From a virus (Duplodnaviria; Caudoviricetes), in IMG/VR virus record IMGVR_UViG_3300028553_000034, positions 1-55,225 of that record: a DNA stretch of 55,225 bases. One strand, written 5' to 3'. The position numbers and the translations under genes are program-made. Positions within the stretch are counted from its first letter, which is position 1; the number at the start of each line of letters is the position of its first letter. This document shows positions 48,816 to 55,225 of the stretch, in pieces. Under the pieces are notes generated by a model. The model was not told where the DNA came from and ran no database searches. It was given only the letters and a program-made list of their open reading frames with translations.

Positions 48816-50615
48816 ATGATAGGTAACGCAGATTCAATAGCTGAATCATTAGGTTGGGAAGTTGGAGTAGATTATCCAATTTGGGGCCACACAGAAACTT
48901 ACTTAAAAACTATAAGCAAAGGCTATTTATTAGCAGGTGAAAAACCAAAAGATGCTTATTGGCGAGTTTGTACAACAGTAGCTAAAAGACTAGGAAAACC
49001 AGAAATGGCTTCTAAGTTTTTTGATTATGTTTTTAAAGGATGGTTAAATCTTGCCACTCCTGTTTTATCAAACACAGGAACCGAAAGAGGATTACCTATT
49101 TCGTGTTTTGGTATCGATGTTGCAGATTCTATTTTCGATATAGGAACAAAGAATTTAGAACTTATGTTACTAGCTAAACATGGAGGTGGTGTAGGAATTG
49201 GAATTAATCAAATAAGACCTGCAGGAACAGTTATAAAAAACAATGGAACTTCAGATGGTGTTGTTCCTTTTTGTAAGATATATGATTCAACTATATTAGC
49301 AACAAGTCAAGGTTCAGTTAGAAGAGGTGCTGCTTCAGTAAATATGGATATTGAACATAATGATTTTTGGGAATGGTTAGAAATTAGAGAACCTAAAGGT
49401 GATGTTAATCGTCAATCTCTTAATCTTCATCAATGTGTTGTGATATCGGATTCTTTTATGCAAAAGGTAGAATTAGGCGATAAAGAATCTAGATCTAAAT
49501 GGTCAGCAGTTCTTCGTAAACGTAGATCTACAGGAGAACCTTATATTATGTACAAAGGAAATGTTAATCGATCAAATCCCGAAGCATATTCAAAAAATGG
49601 ATTAAAAGTCTATATGACTAATATATGTTCGGAAATTACTCTACATACGGACGAATCTCATTCTTTTGTTTGTTGTTTAAGTTCTATTAATCTTGCAAAA
49701 TATAGCGAATGGAAAGATACAGATCTAATTTATACTTCTACGTGGTTTTTAGATGGTGTCCTTGAAGAATTTATTCAGAAAGCAAAATATATGTCAGGGT
49801 TTTCTAATTCAGTTCGTTCTGCAGAAAAAGGTCGAGCTTTAGGTCTTGGAGTTCTTGGTTGGCATACATATCTTCAAGAGAAAGGACTTCCATTTGAAGG
49901 TCTTCTTGCTCAATACGAAACAAGAAAAATCTTCTCACAACTTAAACTTGAATCTGAACGAGCAAGTAGAGATATGGCAAGAGAATATGGAGAACCACTT
50001 TGGTGTATCGGAACAGGAATGAGAAATTCACATTTAAGAGCTATTGCTCCAACAGTTTCTAATTCCAAACTAAGTGGAAATGTTTCTCCTGGAATCGAAC
50101 CATGGGCAGCTAATGTATTCACTGAACAAACTGCAAAAGGAACTTTCATTCGTAAAAATCCTACATTAGAAAGAGCCCTTAAGAAAATAAAGAAAAACAA
50201 CAAAGAAATTTGGGATCAAATACTTTCAGATGGAGGGTCTGTTCAAGGTCTAGATTTTCTTGACGGATGGTTCTTTAATGATAGCAATTTAGTTAACTCA
50301 GAAAAAATTATTGATATGACAGATTCTGAAAGGGCTGATCTAATTCCATTCAAAGACGTATTCAAAACTTTCAAAGAAATTAATCAATTAGAACTAGTTA
50401 AACAAGCAGGTTTGAGACAACAATATATAGATCAATCTGTTTCTTTGAATCTTGCTTTCCCAACTGAAGCTACACCTAAATTCATTAATCAAGTTCATAT
50501 GGAAGCTTATAAACAAGGAATAAAAACTCTTTACTATATGCGAACTGAATCAGTTCTTCGAGGAGATATAGCTATTAAAGCTCTTGATGAAAGCTGTTTA
50601 TCGTGTGATGGATAA
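48816..50615 (+). CDS. nrdA: Ribonucleotide reductase class I alpha subunit (short, no ATP cone)
   Basis: ATPVLSN, ISCF, GGGVG, RRGA, TNICSEI, CCLSS, APTVSNS, DQSVSLN, KTLYYMR and C-terminal CLSCDG. Confidence 0.95.
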   Translation: MIGNADSIAESLGWEVGVDYPIWGHTETYLKTISKGYLLAGEKPKDAYWRVCTTVAKRLGKPEMASKFFDYVFKGWLNLATPVLSNTGTERGLPISCFGIDVADSIFDIGTKNLELMLLAKHGGGVGIGINQIRPAGTVIKNNGTSDGVVPFCKIYDSTILATSQGSVRRGAASVNMDIEHNDFWEWLEIREPKGDVNRQSLNLHQCVVISDSFMQKVELGDKESRSKWSAVLRKRRSTGEPYIMYKGNVNRSNPEAYSKNGLKVYMTNICSEITLHTDESHSFVCCLSSINLAKYSEWKDTDLIYTSTWFLDGVLEEFIQKAKYMSGFSNSVRSAEKGRALGLGVLGWHTYLQEKGLPFEGLLAQYETRKIFSQLKLESERASRDMAREYGEPLWCIGTGMRNSHLRAIAPTVSNSKLSGNVSPGIEPWAANVFTEQTAKGTFIRKNPTLERALKKIKKNNKEIWDQILSDGGSVQGLDFLDGWFFNDSNLVNSEKIIDMTDSERADLIPFKDVFKTFKEINQLELVKQAGLRQQYIDQSVSLNLAFPTEATPKFINQVHMEAYKQGIKTLYYMRTESVLRGDIAIKALDESCLSCDG

Positions 50616-50632
50616 AAAACTAATTAACAAAT

Positions 50633-50664
50633 GAAGGGAGATGCAAATCTCCCTTTTGTTTTTT
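50633..50664 (+). terminator. Rho-independent terminator after nrdA
   Basis: AAGGGAGAT-GCAA-ATCTCCCTT stem with a GNRA loop, followed by a T-rich run. Confidence 0.85.
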
Positions 50665-50677
50665 ACATAAAATAAAT

Positions 50678-50896
50678 ATGGAAAATCCTGTATACGTATT
50701 AACTAAACCAAAAGCTAGACAAACAATAGAAGTCTTCGTAGATAAATCTATGGATGCCGATGGATGGTTTTTTGAAATCCGATACATCGAAAAGAAAACA
50801 AACAAAACAGCCCATTCACATTGTGTAATAAAAAAAGACCTAGAATCTTGGTTAAGATCACTTCAAAGTGAAGGATGGATTATGGAAACAAAATAA
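50678..50896 (+). CDS. Hypothetical protein
   Basis: 72-aa ORF with an A-rich leader. Confidence 0.6.
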   Translation: MENPVYVLTKPKARQTIEVFVDKSMDADGWFFEIRYIEKKTNKTAHSHCVIKKDLESWLRSLQSEGWIMETK

Positions 50897-50912
50897 ACAT
50901 ATAAAAATAAAA

Positions 50913-51662
50913 ATGAAAGTAAAAGTAACAAAAGTATCAGTTGCCCATCTTAATGGACTGATTCGAAAAATGTTGTTAATGGATACGTCGTTATACATTA
51001 ATATCAACAAAGATCAAGTATGGTCATCTGTCTATACACCAACTAAAGATGTTGTTAAATCGTTTTCTATGCCGACTTCAGATGTTTTTACATTTGAAAG
51101 CCCAATAGAAGAAACAATTAAGCTATCATTCTTTTCAGGATCTAGATTAGCAAATTGTATAGGACACTTCGATCCACATCATTTACAAATGGAAATATCA
51201 ATCTTCAAAGACGAAGACGAAGGGGTTTTCTATGCTGATAAAATGATTCTTCGTGATCAAAAACTAAAGATTGAAATTCATTGTCAAGATATTTCATTAG
51301 GTTTCACTTCAATGACAGAAGATCAAGTTACTCGAGCATTCGATAAATCTTCAGAGCTATTTCAATTCCAGTATTCAAAAGAAGACTTTACAAAAGTATC
51401 ATCTCTAATTTCTTTAGATAAATCAGAACTTCTAAAAATTACAGGTGAATCCGATGGAATTCATATTAAAACAGATGCATTCGATATCATTATAGATGAT
51501 AATCAAAAAATCAGCGATGGAATTCAAAAATCAACTTTCAAATCATTCTTTGAACGAGTAGATAAAGAAACATATCACGTTTCTGTTTGTGAAAACAAGC
51601 TAATTTTAACTTCTCAAGAAACAAATACTACAATCGCATTAAATCTTGCAATAACGGAATAA
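50913..51662 (+). CDS. Probable sliding clamp (gp45/PCNA-like)
   Basis: About 249 aa, acidic, with an alternating alpha/beta two-domain pattern, directly upstream of the polymerase C-terminal subunit. No unambiguous motif. ATG at 50913. Confidence 0.5.
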   Translation: MKVKVTKVSVAHLNGLIRKMLLMDTSLYININKDQVWSSVYTPTKDVVKSFSMPTSDVFTFESPIEETIKLSFFSGSRLANCIGHFDPHHLQMEISIFKDEDEGVFYADKMILRDQKLKIEIHCQDISLGFTSMTEDQVTRAFDKSSELFQFQYSKEDFTKVSSLISLDKSELLKITGESDGIHIKTDAFDIIIDDNQKISDGIQKSTFKSFFERVDKETYHVSVCENKLILTSQETNTTIALNLAITE

Positions 51663-51663
51663 T

Positions 51664-52851
51664 ATGAATATAGAAAACTTAACGGATGAAGATATTCGAG
51701 GTTTAATCAAAGCAGATCTATCAGAAGAAGATATAGAACTTCTAAAAAAAGAATCCCTTAATTGTTATTCATTCGAACAAAGTATCAAACTTGCGATTAA
51801 CAGTATCTATGGTGCCTTTGCTAATGAATACTTTCATTTTTATAACATAGCAATCGCAGAAACAGTTACTCTTCAAGGTCAAGATGCAATCAAATACACT
51901 GAAAGATTAATTGAAAAATACTTCTCAGAATTTTTTCATCGAGATAAACCTTTACTAGCAGCTCTAGGTGTTAAAGAAGATCAAGTGGTTCCTCCTATTA
52001 AAGGAAAGGTATGGAAATATACAGATACCGATTCAGGTTACTTAATTTTCGAAGAATGTATCGAAGCTGTTAATTGGCAAGGGTCTGTAAAAGATTTTGT
52101 TTTAACACTTAACAATTTCCGATTAGCTGCTTATGTTAAGAAAGTTCTTGATGATTACGCAAAAGTAAATAACACAGAAAACTACTTAGATTTCGAATTA
52201 GAAACTATTGCAGAAAATGCTATATGGGTAGCAAAGAAAAAATACGTTCAAAATATCATTTGGAAAGATGGTAAGGAATATGAACCTTTAAGTTATATCA
52301 AAACTACAGGATTAGAAATTATTCAATCGAGTACACCTCCTTTCTGTCGAGAAAAACTTATTGAAATTGTAAAATTCATCTTCTCGAAGAAAAAATTAAC
52401 AGTAAAAGATAACGCTGAACTCGTAGGTCTAATCAAAGAAATAAAGAAAGAATTCAAGCTTTCTAATATCGAAAAGATTTCCATGTCTCGTGGAATATCC
52501 GATTATCGTAAATTTATTCTAAATGATACCGATACATTCGAAATGAATTCTGGATGTCCTATTCATATTCGAGCAGGTGGTTATCATAATTACCTACTAC
52601 ATCAAAGTGGAATGAAAGGTAAATATGAACTTATTGGTGCCGGTGGTAAAGTAAAATGGTATCATGCAGCCGATGATTTTTGTAATGTTTTCGCTTACAA
52701 ACCAGGTCAATTCCCTATGGAATTCGCTCCTAAAATGGATATAGAAGGACAATTTAGATCGACCATTATTGATCCTCTAAATCGAATTATCGTTCCAGCA
52801 GGATTACCTCCACTCAATCCTTCATTAGCTTATACGGTAAGTTTATTCTAA
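51664..52851 (+). CDS. gp43B: Family B DNA polymerase, C-terminal subunit (motifs B, C and thumb)
   Basis: EQSIKLAINSIYGA (motif B), AETVTLQGQ, YTDTDS (motif C), KKKY and GLEIIQSSTP. Confidence 0.92.
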   Translation: MNIENLTDEDIRGLIKADLSEEDIELLKKESLNCYSFEQSIKLAINSIYGAFANEYFHFYNIAIAETVTLQGQDAIKYTERLIEKYFSEFFHRDKPLLAALGVKEDQVVPPIKGKVWKYTDTDSGYLIFEECIEAVNWQGSVKDFVLTLNNFRLAAYVKKVLDDYAKVNNTENYLDFELETIAENAIWVAKKKYVQNIIWKDGKEYEPLSYIKTTGLEIIQSSTPPFCREKLIEIVKFIFSKKKLTVKDNAELVGLIKEIKKEFKLSNIEKISMSRGISDYRKFILNDTDTFEMNSGCPIHIRAGGYHNYLLHQSGMKGKYELIGAGGKVKWYHAADDFCNVFAYKPGQFPMEFAPKMDIEGQFRSTIIDPLNRIIVPAGLPPLNPSLAYTVSLF

Positions 52852-52907
52852 CTTATTAAAAATCAAGCATCTAATTAATCATATAATATAAAAAATTAAA
52901 AGTAAAT

Positions 52908-54092
52908 ATGGCAAAAGAATTTTCAATTGGTGAGCTTCAAAAGGAGCTACGAAAAATAAATCCATTTGGGGACGTTATCAGTAAGTCTGATTTCTCTAAA
53001 ATTACTGAATGGATTCCGTCAGGTAATTATCACTTAAATGCAGTCTTCAGTGGAGATTTATTTGGTGGTATTCCAAACAATAGAACAATCTGTTTAGCGG
53101 GTGATTCAGGAACAGGAAAAACATTCCTTCTTCTTAACATGGTTGCACAGGCTCAGAAAATGGGTTATTATGTAATTTATTACGATACTGAAGGTGCTGT
53201 AGATGTTGATAACATTCAAGCATTCGGTGTGGATCCTGAAAGATTCGATCATCAACCAGTTTCTGATTTAGCAAAATTCAGAACCTCAATTACTACATTG
53301 ACTAAAAAGTTAATGGAAGCTAAAGAGAAAGGATTTACGACTCCTAAGATCTTTATTGCACTTGATTCTTTAGGAATGCTTGCAACTACAAAAGAAATAG
53401 ATGATGCAATCAGCGGTAATACAGCAGCCGATATGACTCGTGCAAAATCCATTAGATCTTTATTCCGTATCATTACTTCAGATTTAACAGGATTACAAAT
53501 TCCTTTTGTCTTTACTAATCACACATATGCTTCAACAGGTATGTTCCCTACAATTAACCTTTCAGGTGGTGGAGGATTAGTTTATTCGGCTTCGGTTATT
53601 CTTGCTCTTTCGAAAGCACAAATTAAAGATGGTGCTATACAAACAGGAATTATCGTTTCTGTTAAGACTTTAAAGAATCGTTTTGGTAAACCAATTCCTA
53701 TTAAATTCCATATTCGTTGGGATCGAGGAATGAATCCTTATATTGGAATGGAAGAATATATGTCATGGGATAATTGCGGTATTCAAAAAGGAAACATCCA
53801 TCCACAAAAAGATTATGATAAATGGACTGAGGCTGAAAAGGAAAAATCAAGACCATTTCAAATCGACGGAGATACAGTTTACTTTATGCCAAGAGATACT
53901 GCAAGAAATTATATCGTTAAACACTTAGGAAGAGGAGTTTCTGCACAAGAGCTATTTACCGATATGGTTTGGACTCAAGAAGTACTCGAATTAATCAATG
54001 AAAAATGCATCAAAGCTAAATTCTCTTATGGAATCGATTCTGATGAAACCCCTGAAATCGAAAATTTCCTTTCTGATTTAGACGAAGATTAA
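52908..54092 (+). CDS. uvsX: RecA-like recombinase UvsX
   Basis: LAGDSGTGKT Walker A, YYDTE, LDSLG, TNHTY, SGGGG..YSAS and KNRF. Confidence 0.92.
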   Translation: MAKEFSIGELQKELRKINPFGDVISKSDFSKITEWIPSGNYHLNAVFSGDLFGGIPNNRTICLAGDSGTGKTFLLLNMVAQAQKMGYYVIYYDTEGAVDVDNIQAFGVDPERFDHQPVSDLAKFRTSITTLTKKLMEAKEKGFTTPKIFIALDSLGMLATTKEIDDAISGNTAADMTRAKSIRSLFRIITSDLTGLQIPFVFTNHTYASTGMFPTINLSGGGGLVYSASVILALSKAQIKDGAIQTGIIVSVKTLKNRFGKPIPIKFHIRWDRGMNPYIGMEEYMSWDNCGIQKGNIHPQKDYDKWTEAEKEKSRPFQIDGDTVYFMPRDTARNYIVKHLGRGVSAQELFTDMVWTQEVLELINEKCIKAKFSYGIDSDETPEIENFLSDLDED

Positions 54093-54095
54093 GCC

Positions 54096-54407
54096 ATGTT
54101 TGATAAAGAAAAAATCAAAATAAAATACATCATCGGAACCTATAAGGATGAATTAAATTATCCGACAATAGAAGATTTCGAATATCTAATAAAAAATTGG
54201 TATTGGAATGAAGGTGGTCACCATTTTATTCATTCATATCGAGCTATAACAGAAACAGGTAATCTTGTTTTTACTGATGTAGTTCTAAAAGAAAAACTTG
54301 ATGGAGATGAGGAGTCAGCAATTAGACTCCTCAAATCTCTTGAGGAATCCGGAAGAATCAAACTAAACAAAGCTACTAAGTTTACCAACTACTATGAGCT
54401 TATGTAA
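54096..54407 (+). CDS. Hypothetical protein
   Basis: 103-aa ORF between uvsX and the helicase, the position gp40 occupies in T4. No motif evidence for gp40. Confidence 0.6.
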   Translation: MFDKEKIKIKYIIGTYKDELNYPTIEDFEYLIKNWYWNEGGHHFIHSYRAITETGNLVFTDVVLKEKLDGDEESAIRLLKSLEESGRIKLNKATKFTNYYELM

Positions 54408-54451
54408 ACCTTAACTCAGGAATTCATATAATTTTTATAAACAATTTAATT

Positions 54452-55225
54452 ATGATCGGATCTTCAGACTTCGAAAAAATCTTCTATCTATACGTTAGAA
54501 ACAATCCAAATTACCTCAGATCTGTTTCTCAAGATTTCTTCGAAAGCGATGAAATAGGAACTTTATTTACTATCGATAAAACATTCAATGATCGATTTAG
54601 TACTGTTCCTACAAAGGAACAATTAAAAGCAATAGCTAAACAAGAAAAATTCTCGAGTCAACTTTCAGAAAAAATTATCGATATCATATTCGATGAACCT
54701 ATTGATTCATATGATGAAAAATGGGTAAAGGAAACTTCTGAATCTTGGATCCTTTGGAAAAATCTAGATAAATCTCTTATCGATACATTAGAATTCGTTA
54801 AGACTGTTAAGGTAACGCCTAATAACGTAATGGAAATCGTTAATAAGGTTAAAAATCTAATTAACGAAAGAAATAATCTTACATTCAATGAATCTTTAGG
54901 TCGTGATTTCTTCGACGTGGAATCACATATACCAGAAGCAAATTCTAAAATCACAACAGGTCATAATTGGATTGATCATTTTACAGGTGGTTATAGAACA
55001 AAATCTCTTATTGTTTATGCAGGTGAACAAAACATCGGTAAATCAATTTGGTTAGCAAATGATGCTGTAAATTACGTAAAAGCAGGATATGATGTCGCTG
55101 TCATTACTGCAGAAATGGCAGAAATAGATTTCACTTATCGTATAGGATCTAATCTTCTTAATATACCAATCTCAGATTATGAAAAATATGCTAAAAATCC
55201 AGATCAAATTAAATCTAAATTAGCT
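54452..55225 (+). CDS. gp41: Replicative DnaB-like helicase, T4 gp41-like (3'-truncated, not in the ORF track)
   Basis: Manual translation from ATG 54452: MIGSSDFEKIFYLY...ITTGHNWIDHFTGG...LIVYAGEQNIGKSIWLAN (Walker A)...ITAEMAE (motif H1a). Open to the window end. Confidence 0.88.
   Translation, partial: MIGSSDFEKIFYLYVRNNPNYLRSVSQDFFESDEIGTLFTIDKTFNDRFSTVPTKEQLKAIAKQEKFSSQLSEKIIDIIFDEPIDSYDEKWVKETSESWILWKNLDKSLIDTLEFVKTVKVTPNNVMEIVNKVKNLINERNNLTFNESLGRDFFDVESHIPEANSKITTGHNWIDHFTGGYRTKSLIVYAGEQNIGKSIWLANDAVNYVKAGYDVAVITAEMAEIDFTYRIGSNLLNIPISDYEKYAKNPDQIKSKLA

Noticed and set aside
6309-50615. Bacterial chromosome or host contamination suggested by rpsA, rmlA, dut and nrdAB
   Set aside because: Each gene is tightly embedded among phage genes with similar composition and without its usual bacterial operon neighbours.
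47760-51700. Split intein or intron joining the polymerase halves
   Set aside because: No Hint block A or HN-[CST] at the junctions and no non-coding space for an intron; the intervening DNA is ordinary genes.
231-54954. Many 60-150 aa minus-strand and alternate-frame ORFs in the track (e.g. 33799-34251, 43804-44238, 46689-47021, 54658-54954)
   Set aside because: They lie opposite or within well-supported + strand genes and have no recognisable motifs, consistent with shadow ORFs.
1-55225. Stop-codon reassignment as in some Bacteroidota phages
   Set aside because: Long ORFs are intact under code 11, and both TAG (e.g. 9667, 39928) and TGA (e.g. 1857, 8885) end genes at sensible boundaries.
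1-55225. Apparent abundance of GATC and TCTAGA sites
   Set aside because: It cannot be quantified by eye and may reflect codon usage (GAT, TCT, AGA). A Markov-model k-mer test is needed.

Overview
AT-rich (roughly 30% GC by eye), densely packed segment of a large T4-like myovirus genome, probably a jumbo phage. Essentially all real genes are on the + strand, and the standard genetic code fits. The host is most likely Bacteroidota (inference from the lack of Shine-Dalgarno motifs, A-rich leaders and a Bacteroidota-type bS1 N-terminus). 1-33.9 kb is a contractile tail, baseplate and neck module: gp53-, gp27-, gp5-, gp13-, gp25-, gp6- and gp7-like genes, several very large unknown structural proteins, a tail fibre and a tube-fold protein. 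A four-domain ribosomal protein S1 homologue and a degenerate amidoligase are inserted inside it. 33.9-36.7 kb and 42.1-45.6 kb hold small genes, many starting with a motif resembling the T4 capsid-targeting sequence, plus a RuvC-like resolvase. 36.9-42.1 kb and 45.7-55.2 kb are replication, recombination and nucleotide genes: gp32, RmlA, primase, UvsY, UvsW, dUTPase, a family-B polymerase split into two genes about 3.9 kb apart, NrdB/NrdA, a probable clamp, UvsX and a truncated gp41 helicase. The most notable signals are (1) a family of candidate packaged proteins with a shared leader, (2) a recurring G-[APS]-[TS]-G motif concentrated in virion proteins alongside RmlA, suggesting virion glycosylation, (3) phage bS1, (4) a non-canonical Hint domain ending HN|K, (5) the split polymerase, (6) an orphan antisense promoter aimed at the resolvase, and (7) a possibly dual-coded membrane locus. 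All family assignments come from motif recognition by eye; no database searches were run.
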